DNA of 64,000 nucleotides from Mytilus trossulus (Eukaryota): NCBI RefSeq assembly GCF_036588685.1, contig NC_086383.1, positions 50,158,001 to 50,222,000 of the forward strand, read 5' to 3'. Shown piece by piece: positions 52,457 to 64,000 of this stretch (position 1 is its first letter; each line of letters starts with the position of its first letter). The notes under the pieces were generated by a model. It saw only the letters and a program-made list of their open reading frames with translations, ran no database searches and was not told where the DNA came from. The position numbers and the translations under genes were made by a program.

Positions 52457-53149
52457 TCAATTACTGCTGAATCTTCTGAGTTTTCTTTTCAAGTTTAAAA
52501 ATATTCCGGAATCTCTAGATTTCATGAAAGCTTCATTAATTTTCCCGGCATCCCTCACTGCTTTCTTGTTCAACAGCATATCTGGAGGTGGGGGTGGTGG
52601 GGGTGGCGGGGATGGTGTGGATGGATCTCCACGGGTCCTCAAATTATTTTTCTTTCTCTTTGATACTGGTGACTGCAATGATCGTTCTTTTTCTTCGCTG
52701 CATCCTGTCATCTCTGTGACCTCTGGATCATACAAATACCAAAAAACCTGATCAAAATTGTCCAGAAATTCAGAAGCAAATCTCACCTTTATTCTAATAT
52801 GACAAGAAGGATCGTAAGCTGCATCCTCGTCAAGATCTACACATTCCTTCTTCTCTTCCACCTTATACCAGCCAATAAAAACGAGTGAAAAGCTCGTTCC
52901 TGGAGTACATGTGTCTTCAGGACAAAGGTCATCTACAATATCAATAATGCATTTTATCATGCCAGTTCCAGAAGAGATGTCTTCTTGGGATGGATAATCC
53001 ATTTCAGCACACGAATCTAAGTCATTTTTGAAATCATTATCGCTTTTTCCCAGTATTGACGCTGTTATACTGACAAAATGATCGGCGGGACTCTTAGCAT
53101 AGGTACATCCAAATATGATGCAGAATACGATAGCTAACTTCAACATCAT
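52457..53149 (-). CDS. Gene B2: paralogue of B1, 230 aa
   Basis: Intact ORF about 90% identical to B1, with an in-frame 3-codon insertion in the polyproline tract. Acceptor at 53152-53151. Confidence 0.9.
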   Translation of the reverse strand: MMLKLAIVFCIIFGCTYAKSPADHFVSITASILGKSDNDFKNDLDSCAEMDYPSQEDISSGTGMIKCIIDIVDDLCPEDTCTPGTSFSLVFIGWYKVEEKKECVDLDEDAAYDPSCHIRIKVRFASEFLDNFDQVFWYLYDPEVTEMTGCSEEKERSLQSPVSKRKKNNLRTRGDPSTPSPPPPPPPPPDMLLNKKAVRDAGKINEAFMKSRDSGIFLNLKRKLRRFSSN

Positions 53150-53789
53150 GCTGAAAATATATCGAATGTTGAATTAGATGTTATAAGAAAAATGTTATCA
53201 GAGGTTCGACCGTTTAAACTCAGGTCAATGCGATTTCAAATTTCAATATAAAAATTGGGGATCATGGACATTGTTTAAAATACTTTGAAATTAAACGAAA
53301 TCACGGTTATTTTATATGGGTTATATAACTTATATAGGAGAAATTAATGTTTTCTTATCGAACAAAAATCAAACGATAGAAGTGTTTAAAATCCAATGAG
53401 TGAATTACTTTTCAAAAATAATTTCGATATATAAAAATAAATTTAGGGGCTCTCGGGTCTTGTTTTCTTAAAAACACAAATAGTTGTTTCAAATTCAGTA
53501 TAATTATCTGTCCTTGGTTTTGAAAGGAATGTTCTGAAAATTATAAATACACTCAACGGCACTTAATTTTTAGATAGTTTATTCTTTAAATTTCAAGTTT
53601 TAAATGTTTTTGTTTTATATAGAAGGATAATTGGTTAAATATTTTAATCCTAACAGGTATTTTTACAATATGGCATAAAGGGATGCTCAGAATACGACAT
53701 CCGATATAAGTTAAACATCAATTAATCAACCAATGTCCGATTAAATATTATCTTGTTGCATGTCGATGTGAAACTATTTAAGAACTTAC

Positions 53790-53900
53790 CTTGTTATACT
53801 GCTCTTCTGCAACTGAAGACTCAGTACGACTTTGGCTAAACTCACTAGAAAACTATATACCCTGGATATTTATGAAAACCGTTGCTGATCTTTAGCCAAT
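53790..53900 (-). promoter_or_regulatory. B2 non-coding exon 1 and core promoter; intron 53151-53789
   Basis: Near-identical to 42110-42220, donor AAG|GTAAGT. Confidence 0.65.
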
Positions 53901-56900
53901 GAAACTGAAAGAATCAAAATCGATTTTAAAATTTTAATTTTGATGACTATGCTGTCTTTCAATTTCTGTAGCGTATTCAACATCCATTATTTTGTTATTA
54001 AAATAGGTACGATCAAAATAATAGAAGTATTTAAAGTTTTATAGATCACTTATTTTCTACATCTTAGACAAAATCACCTAAAACATATTTTAAATTTTCA
54101 TGATTAATATTTAAAATTCATTTTTCAGAAATAATCAGTTTCGTTCAAAATCGAAAGGCACGTTTCCACTTCATAGTCTATGACTGTCATTCGAAAAAGT
54201 ATGGTCAATTTCTCCTGGTTTTGTTCCAGTAACCAGGTCAAATAAGACAGTTTGTGAAACCTAGTTAAATTTGAATATCAAACTGAAGGGTCTTAATGAA
54301 ACAAAAATGTCATTGCGCGCTAGACATCGCTATTAAAGACAGTTTTGAAATTCTATGATATGTTTAAATGATTTTGCATCTAAAGACATATTAGCATGAT
54401 TGAGGAAAATAAAATGAAATCTCTGAAAGACAATCATAGCTTAACATCCAAAAGAATTTTTAATTTGGGGTTCATACATGTCCTTTTTAATGTCTTGCTT
54501 TTAGAAGTTTATAAATTTTAGATGCCTGATTGATTGTTGGTGTTTAACGCCACTTTGAAGGTCAGATCTTCTTAGACAGTTAGGAATATAACTTTTTCTT
54601 AACGGTAATCATGGTAATGTTGGTGAGCATTATTAACAATTGATTTGTATTGTATTTGGGCTTCGTCAACCTTCCTGACAGTTATTATAACATGTATAAA
54701 CAATCCCATTTCTTTCAAATGTAAACAATGGACAAAAATGTGAACCTTGACAATTTGGGTCAATTACATTTTCGTTCTCTGATTTTTCTGACAAACATAA
54801 TTTCTGAATTGTCTGTTTTTGCACTATCTTTGTATGTGTACATCTAACCGTGAACATATTGTTTGTATGTCATGGGTTTTTATCAAGTTTATACAAGATA
54901 AATGGCTTATGATGAGGATATTGTGTATGCACACACAAAAGATGGTGGACGATGTTCTACAATACAAGATTATCTGACGTCATTGAATAATCAGGTGACA
55001 TTATTATTTAAAACTAAAAAACATGTCCATCTGGCCCTAAAAGTGTCGATATATCAGACGTCAATGGACAGTTACACCAAAAGTGTCCTTTTTATGAAGC
55101 CCAAAAGTGTCCATTGTTATTTAATAGTGATTTGTAAATTAATCACACATAGTTTAAATGTATAAAATCGACATTATAACATGATCCTTCCTTTTGTTTT
55201 GTTGTAAAAATTGAACAGTTATTCTCTAAAATCACAGAAACCACTTCTGCAGGAGGCCATCTGTGCAATACCAAGATACATTATTAAGATATTTAGGCAT
55301 CACTGCAGTATATTAGTGCAAAATAATTGACTTTATAAACAACGAATTTAACTGTACAAAACTTATTAATTGCAATCCTTATGTTTGCTCTAAATATGCA
55401 TGAGATATTAGCCACTGGACATTTAGCAATCAACTGTCAAGAGTTAATGGTTGTGTTGCAAATTAAATTTGCAATTAGGCTAAATATAAACAACCGACTT
55501 GGAACAAACTATAAATGACCACTTAATCAATAGTTGAAGCACTGAGAAAACTTGAAAGATTTTTTTTATGACAATAATAATCATATTAATATAAAATTAA
55601 TAAAAGCTCGCAAGTGAAGATAATTTGTTATTGTAAGATTCTTTTTTCCTATCTGGTGTCTATTTATTTGAGAGGAGAATTAAGTCAATGATTTCATCTT
55701 TCACTGTGCATACATGTAATGTACCGCATCTCAATTAAAAAGAGCACAAATGTCCCAAACAATGATACTTGTTCTACTAGCAATATGGTGCTAGGTGGTT
55801 TTGTAACACTTTGTTTCCAACATCTGTACTACCTACTGATGAGTCCTGAGTGTAAATGGTCATTCACTTATACATTGTGTTTATCTATGTAAAAGAAAAG
55901 GATACAATTCACAGGGCCTTATCGATTTCTAAACTTATCTGTCTTTGTTCAACATTTGTTAATCATTGGTTAATTTCTTTATTTGTGTAAACGTTAATTA
56001 CATCACCATGATCACTGTTCACTTTTACACAACAACAAAACTGTATCTTATATAATTATATTGTATTATAATTACTGTACCGTAAGTCTGTTTGTCCATC
56101 AGTCCTGTTCTTGTCATTGCACCTCCTCTGAAGCCATACAACAGAATTTCAGGAAACTTTGTAAATAATTACAATATATACTATGTAGATGTTCATATCC
56201 ACAAGAAGACTGACCAGTTCACTTTTGTTGTAGTTATGAGTCTTTGAAGCATGCTCCCAAAGGTTCTTTATATATAATTGATATCATTTTCATACTGATA
56301 AAAAAGAAGTTGACTTCCATCAGGCTTGGAAGAAGACATTAAAAAAAGAAATAAAATAACACAGAAGTTAACATTCTAGCTTATCTTGCCCCAGGCGTCA
56401 GGCCAGGTATTGTCATTACCTTAAACTGTTAGATATCTTCTCAGAAACAATTTCGACATTAACGAAATTTTAACCAATGACATTTGGAAAATCCTTAACT
56501 AATTGACAGTTTATGTGGACAAACCCATTTAAGAAATGACCACCACAAAGGAACATAAATACAACCAAACAAATAGTACATGATACTATCTCGCATATTA
56601 AAATCACAACCTGCAGAAATGTACCCAATGTGTTCGTCCCCTAATTTTTGAGTTTTTGAAAGAAAAAAAAGTACACATTGTCAAACATCTAAATATAATA
56701 TCCACACTTGTTAACAACAAGTAAATATGTAATTAAAAGATTTGAACAACTGAAAGGTTACACACATTACGAACAGATAGATTTGCTCTTTCCGCTAGCT
56801 CTTCATTGTCAAAAAAAATGTATGTCCATCCTGAGGGAGACAAATAAAAAAGGGGATCTCCAATTACAGGGTCTAATTACTGGAATTGGCAAACAGACTG

Positions 56901-57764
56901 TAAGTTAATTATTTTTGTCAGGCTTAAATGGAGTGACAATCCAATAGGAATTGCTTTATTGTTGAAGAAATTAAAATGAACCAATATTTTAACCAACCAA
57001 AACCATCAAAGTCCTTAACAGATGATGAGCTATTGTCATGTAATTTGAGACTACAAATACATGGTCCGACCGAAACATCCAATGTCAACAAAATGTTCTT
57101 CGGCGAAAGGAACATGGCTTAAATGTCTGTATCCAAAAGCAAATAAAACGAGTTCAGAATTTGACATCTTTAATTAATCGTGAAATGTTAGGTATAGAAA
57201 CTTATAATAGATACCAAATATATCTGATAGTAGAAGGGTAAAATTACATAAATATTCAGAGTCAAATACGAACGAAAATAATAACAATGCTGTTGGTTTA
57301 GTCTTGTTTCATTGGTTGGTGTCAAGGCGAAAAATAGTTCATCCATTTATTCAAATTTTGCATGATGTCATGGAAAAATTGTTCTATAACTGTTCATGTA
57401 ATTGTGGATTTGCTTAGCTGGTCGGATATTCCAATGAGTCAGACTATATACAAAGTGTATCAAGAAGAAGGAAGGAATCTTTATACTTTTTATAGAATAT
57501 ATTGATCGCATTATGTCCACGGATCTTATGATTAAGGATACTACAGATTCCTTAGAGACAGAAAGATGAGGAAGGTGTATCAACATGGAGTTGTAGGTTT
57601 GAAGAAATTTTGAGTCGAGCGATATGAACTTGAAAAATTGAAAAAGACTGAATCAGACGAGATGATCCCTAACATATCATGTTTCATATCTAACATCTAG
57701 AAATCGATAAGTGAGAGTTGGTTTTGGAATAAAACTTAACAACAAAATTAAAAAAATTAAAACA

Positions 57765-58030
57765 ATGTGAACTTCCCTGTTTGTATTGCAACATTTAACC
57801 GGCGCCTTCATATGCAGTATATATTCCCCAGAAGATACGATAGTCTAGGCTTTGCGTTTTCTATCATTATTTTCTAAGAGAGGGTAGTTGTCTACAAGGA
57901 ACCTATTGAACCATAGGTTCTAAATGGTGACGAAGAGGTAAACCAGTCAAAATTTTAACAGAAGCGATAATGATTTAGTTGATCGTTATGGAATATCTAA
58001 GACAGATAATCACGGATATGTTTCCAATTG
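57765..58030 (+). mobile_element. Decayed Penelope-like RT C-terminal fragment
   Basis: Resembles NFP...NI.AAPSY.VYI.Q.IRYSR.C, with stops and frameshifts. Confidence 0.5.
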
Positions 58031-58185
58031 TGGTAGCCATAATCCTGTTCTTTTATCGCTATTGTTAATTCACGAATTGCAATTTTTCATCATTTGCCTA
58101 TTATACTGGTTATGATCAACACGCCGTAAAACGAATAAAAGTAATGCATGAGGGTCTGCTTAACCTTACTCAGTAACTGAATATA

Positions 58186-58492
58186 AACTCATTATAGATA
58201 CCAGGATTAAAATTTTGTATTTGCGCCAGACGCGCGTTTCGTCTACAAAAGACTCATCGGTGACGCTCGAATAAAAAACAAGTTAAAAAGGCCAAATAAA
58301 GTACGAAGTTAAAGAGCATTTAGGACCAAAAATTCCTTAAAGTTTTGTTAAATACAGCTAAGATAATCTATTCCTGAGGTAGAAAACCCTTAGTATTTTT
58401 AAATTTTAAGTTTTTTAGACAGTTAATTTATAATTATGACCATATCAATGATAATTAATATCAACACAGAAGTGTTGACTACTGGGGTGGTG
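58186..58492 (-). mobile_element. Dispersed retrozyme-family monomer (hammerhead core mutated to CCGATGA)
   Basis: Homologous to the 355-bp unit over ~300 bp. Confidence 0.75.
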
Positions 58493-60120
58493 AGTTACTC
58501 CCGGTGTTTGTTTGGTTTTTTATAAACAAGCATACTGGATTTTTGGTTGTTTCTCCAAGTTTACTTTTGCTGGAATTCCTTTCTGTTACTATTTATTCTA
58601 AAGTTTCGACAGAAAACTTTAGATGCTATATATAAAATTGAGAATGGAAATGGGGAATGTGTCAAAGAGACAACAACCCGACCATATAAAAAAAACAACA
58701 GCAGAAGGTCACCAACAGGTCTTCAATGTAGCGTGAAATTCCCGCACCCGGAGGCGTCCTTCAGCTGGCTCCTAAACAAATATATACTAGTTCAGTGATA
58801 AGGAAACAACAGCAGAAGGTCACCAACAGGTCTTCAATGTAAAGAACGATAAAGTATATACTAGTCCAGTGATAAAGAACGATAAAGAATATACCAGATT
58901 TTAATTTGCTAACAAAATGGGTAGCATGCAATTTCCATTTTATTCAAATATGGAACGGCATCGAGAAAGGCAAGATCTTCAAATAGTTATATAGAATACT
59001 TTTATTCCTGAATACGAACCTTTCATGTTGACTCCGCTGGAATTTATTGTTACGATTTCCTTACTTTGTTGATGTATGAGGGTCTGGATTGGAGAGGAGT
59101 TCTCATTTCTTTATTCTTTAATTTCTTATACAATTTTTGTGTTTTCTTTATTCATTATTGAACATAAAGTAGAAACATTTGGAAGTGAAATTTAAAATGT
59201 TATAAATATTTGAATTTTCATTCTTTTTCTACCAAACATGCATGTGGCTAAAAATGTGTTTGTGCATGTCAATAAAGCAGTATAATCTATCAAACTTCAG
59301 TATTGAAAAAGAAATTATAGAATGGACATAACTCACTCGTAGATTCCGGTTGAATTTATTGAAAGCAAATGCGTCTTAATATGGATTTTTGAGTTTGAAC
59401 AGGGGTATACTACTGTTGCCTTTATTTGATATATGTTTTCTTGTAGCTAAAACTGTCAGACAGGTTGTAAAATGTTGATTCAAAGCATTTACCAGAGGTC
59501 ACTTTTTTTATTTTTAGAATGGAAGTGTTATCTGGTCTAGATTTGTAATTTGTCCTTTGTTACGAAAATATTACATACGTTAATTAGTCAGTTTCTTAGA
59601 ATACGTTCTACAAATGCTCAATCGATTGATCTGTTGAAGATAATAACATAAACGGTACCAATTCTTCTGAACCATATGCGCATTTCGATAATAAATGTCT
59701 CTCAATGATGCTCGACGCCAAAATATTTGAAAATCCGGCTAAGGTAGTCTATGCCGGGGATAAGAAATTCCTTAGTTTTTCGAAAAATTCAAAGTTTATG
59801 ACAATCTTCACAAGTGATAAAGACAAACTGGTGGAGTAACAGTCTTGCAAAATTATATGCAAAACCATATGCGCATTTCGACAATAAATGTCATTCAATG
59901 ATGCTCGACGCCAAAATATTTGAAAATCCAAAGCTTATTAAAAAGATGAAGAGTTTTAAACCAAAAAGGACAAAACGAGTATAGCCATAGTCGGGCAAGG
60001 AATAAGAGCTATGAATAATGCTAAATAGAATATGTCCTCTCACCAAATTTTTTTTTTATCTCAAAAGGTTTGGCCCTATGTTGAACGCATCTATCCAAAT
60101 AATACCACAGATACCATCAA

Positions 60121-60476
60121 AGCTTCCTCTTATCTTCAATTTTATCTAAATATTGACAGCTAGGGTCAAAAGACTCTTTGACTTGTGAGGGTTGAATGTT
60201 TTGAATCTCCCTCCTCTTTTTCCTATGTAGTTAACTTTTTTGTTTGAGCCGTCACTCGGAGTCAGACAAACAATTTTGATACGATAGTCAATATTTCAGC
60301 TTCCTCTTATCTTCAATTTTATCTAAATATTGACAGCTAGGGTCAAAAGACTCTTTGACTTGTGAGGGTTGAATGTTTTGAATCTCCCTCCTCTTTTTCC
60401 TATGTAGTTAACTTTCTTGTTTGAGCCGTCACTCAGAGTCAGACAAACAATTTTGATACGATAGTCAATATTTCAG
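60121..60476 (+). repeat. ~177-bp tandem duplication (single copy at ~45438-45625)
   Basis: Two near-identical units starting agcttcctcttatcttcaat. Confidence 0.9.
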
Positions 60477-61411
60477 TTTTAAATTTCACTCTTTAGGTTC
60501 GAAACTGTTGTTTTTACATTCTTCAACATGATAGTTTTCTCTCCATCAGTATGTAAGCTGAGAAGTGACCCCAATATGTCGCCCTACGCTGGCATGCAAC
60601 ACGATCAACAACAGTCCACAATGGACTACAAATGTATGAAGATTGAGGGAAAAATAAATCCAGTCAAAATTCAAGAAGAGACTTTAGTTTTTCTAAAATA
60701 TAAGCATTTCCTACTAAACTAATGTTTTCATTTATTTTGTTACCTAGGCTGGATATGGTGTAAAATTGTAGTCTCTAATATTAAACTCTCTTGTCACATC
60801 AACATGAAAACAATGTGTGGGGGTAAACTCAGTACACTTATTTCGTGTGTAAACAACTATACACCTGGTAAGGCATTTTGGACAAAAGACAATTCGAAGT
60901 CAAATACTGAAATAAAACAAGATGTGCGGCTCAATGAAACAGCGGTACAAGAAAAATACACACACATACATCAACTGGCAATAAATTGTCATAATGTACA
61001 GTTTCATAGGTACCAGTTTGCTTATAAAGTTGAGTTTTGTTTTAATTTGTTTGGGTTTTTTTGTACCTGTTTAGTTATTTTATCGTATATCTGTCGTGAA
61101 GGAGGGGTCGAAAATACTTCCATTAGACAGTAACAATTATTAGTTGTTTTTTTGCATCAGACGAGACGACGTCTGAATGTTATATATAGAAACTTTATCA
61201 CTTAAACTTCTAAAGAGTGTAAAATAAGTGGGACTTTTAGAGCTAATTATTCACGTATGGAGTGATTATATCTTAATGGTTGTTGTACGTCAGTTATTTT
61301 CGACAATTAATTCATTTCAGAATACAAATTTAGGTTACCTGTAGTAATATCATATAATTTTGCAAGACTGTTTACTCCACCAGTCTGTCTTTATCACTTG
61401 TGAAGATTGTC

Positions 61412-61690
61412 ATAAACTTTGAATTTTTCGAAAAACTAAAGGAAATTTCTTATCCAAGGCATAGATTACCTTAATAGCCGTATTTGGCACAACTTTTTCT
61501 TATCCAAGGCATAGATTTCCTTAGCCGTATTTGGCACAACTTTTTGGAATTTTTGGATCCTCAATGCTCTTCAACTTTGTACTTGTTTGGCTTTATAAAT
61601 ATTTTGATATGAGCTTCACTGATGAGTCTTATGTAGACGAAACTCACGTCTGGCGTACTAAATTATAATCCTGGTACCTTTGATAACTAT
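61412..61690 (+). mobile_element. Dispersed retrozyme-family monomer with hammerhead at ~61614-61657 (counterpart in the other duplicate at 46570-46792)
   Basis: Homologous to the 355-bp unit, with CTGATGA...GAAA core present. Confidence 0.75.
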
Positions 61691-64000
61691 TGTCATCGTA
61701 ATACTTAAAAGCAAGTTTGACAGATATTTAGATACATATAACATGTATATGTTTGTACATCAATCTTCCCCAAAGGATGTGTAAATAATAATGGATGGGT
61801 AATTGTTTAATTTATAGTTTTACACGTTAATTTCTATTACGGTTTTAGTATTATTGATTTTATATAAATGTTACAATCTGAATCGACCTTGACGGACCTT
61901 TTTCACCGACACAAGAATGCAAGATATTAGTTTTGTAAGTATGATGAGTTGTTGACAAAATCTTAAACGGTTTCTCTGATACAAGAAGGGAGAATTTTTA
62001 CAGTATTTTCTATAATACAAAGTGTATGTTACGCCACTTTAACAAGCTTTGAAAATGTTCTTTAAACCTGTTAAAGAGGCATTATACATGTAAGGTGCCA
62101 TTTAAATAAAAAAAAAATGTTTTTTTTTGGTCTCAAACAGTAATTAAAGCGGCCAAAGTAAGATCGAAAACATTGCAAATGTATTATTTACTTGCAAGTG
62201 AATAATTCAACCTCAGTTGAATCCGTATTGATGTACCCTAACTTGACCTCAATCTGAAGATTGGTTACGCATGGCCTAAGTGTGTTCAGAAACTAAAAAG
62301 AAAAGAACATTGAAAAGTGAAACAAGTGATCTACCATAGAAAAAAAATTATTGTTTTTACCGATTTGGCCCACAAGAAATCATTCATATCCAGGTAAAAA
62401 CTATGATTTACACTTGTTAAATCTATGACATGGAATTAAAAAGACCTCGTCAATACACAACTCAACATGCTTCTCAGTCGATTTCATATTTATATTTATG
62501 TTTAAATCGGGTTGAATGACTATCGGCAATCTTCGGAGGTAATCTTGGTGGTTAATTAGATGGCGTCTCGTCTTAAATACGCACGAAATGTTGATACGTT
62601 TTATCTAGTCCATGCATTGTTAATTGTTTCTTTTAAACTTTTTGTAATTTGGATTTACGTTTAAGTATGCTATTAATCAAATGTGAACATTTAAGCCAAG
62701 TCGGTGGTCATCAGTTTGACAGCTAATGCTTAATTCAGAAGGAATTTTAATATTACATAAAACGTCGTAATTTCTTTTCTGTTCTATTTGAACATATCTC
62801 CTTGAATTGAGCAAAATGTTGAGAGTTGAAACTATCTTTTTGTTGCAGTATAATGTATATACAAGGAGAAAATACTACTTAATGAACTATGAGCCAGTCA
62901 ATTACATGTCAAAGTTGATATATTGAATATCAACTTTGTGTGAATATGATGTGTATTGACGATCTTAAAAAAATCAATGTAATTGTAATGTAATCAATTA
63001 ATTCCATTACAATTACAATTATATTGATTTTTAAATGTAATTAATCATATCACAATTACATTGATTTTCAAATGTATTTGAATACATTGCAATTACATTG
63101 CCAATGTAATTAATTACAATTCAATTATTTTTATCCAAAGCCATGTAAGAGCTATTTCATTTACAATAATATCATGAAAATGACAACAACTAGATTAGAA
63201 TGCTCTATACTATCGGGAACTTCTAGAACAGGAAACATGGGGAACTCATAGAAAACTGTAGAACGGAAACTTCTAGAACAATGTTGACGTGTTAATTACT
63301 CATCTTTTATAAGGATCATTCTAGAATCGTTGTGTAAGTAAAATAGATATTTGAATCAGTATCTATGATTTTTCCAATGATTTCTAAACTGCACAATATA
63401 ATAGATATAGGAAGATGTGGTGTGAGTGCCAATGAGACAACTCTCCATCCAAATAACAATTTAAAAAGTAAACCATTATAGGTTAAAGTACGTTTCAACA
63501 CGGAGCCTTGGCTCACACCGAACAACAAGCTATAAAGGGCCCCAAAATTACTAGTGTAAAACCATTCAAACGGGAAAACCAACGGTCTAATCAATATAAA
63601 CAAAACGAGAAACGAGAAACACGTATATATTACATAAACAAACGACAACTACTGTACATCAGATTCCTGACTTAGGACAGGTGCAAACATTTGTATAAGT
63701 TTACCTTGTAAACAACTATAAGGCCACACAAAACAAATAAGGCCAAAATAAATAAACCTAATAATTTCAATATCATAACACCGCTCAAGACCATTCAAAA
63801 CCACATAGTATAGACTTACAAACCCAAAGGAAACAAAACCATTAGCATTAGATAGATTTGATGGACATTGAATTCTCAGAAGTTCTCAGGAGTTTTTGAA
63901 TAGCGATACTTTTATTTACGAACAACATCATACTATATTGGGACTTATTGGACGTTATATTCTGTTGATATTTCTATTTGTGTAGTAAACTTGTGTATAA

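Larger units (their letters stand above)
51000..64000 (+). repeat. Segmental duplication, copy 2 (contains B2), runs off the window end; extra ~3 kb at ~56960-59960
   Basis: Collinear with 38181-49790. Confidence 0.95.

Overview
AT-rich, repeat-dense eukaryotic DNA. The repeat families and the 355-bp hammerhead repeat strongly suggest a bivalve mollusc, probably Mytilus (inferred, not proven). The only clear host genes are four small genes, each with a non-coding first exon, an intron ending just before the ATG and a single coding exon encoding a secreted, Cys-rich, acidic protein with a very basic C-terminal tail. Pair A is head-to-head: A1 1886-2476 (-) and A2 13413-14417 (+), the latter interrupted by a ~0.43-kb insertion. 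Pair B is tandem within a ~12-14 kb segmental duplication: B1 40778-41461 (-) and B2 52457-53149 (-). A and B share a six-cysteine spacing pattern and an upstream non-coding module, so they look like one diversifying family that I do not recognise. The rest is mobile DNA: a tandem 355-bp retrozyme-like repeat carrying intact type I hammerhead ribozymes plus many dispersed copies, Penelope-like fragments, a near full-length decayed BEL/Pao LTR retrotransposon with a MITE in its 5' LTR, an RT-deleted RTE-X-like LINE, a Gmr1-like Gypsy remnant, a solo LTR, hAT/Tc1/Helentron-type non-autonomous elements and an inverted ~47-bp satellite.
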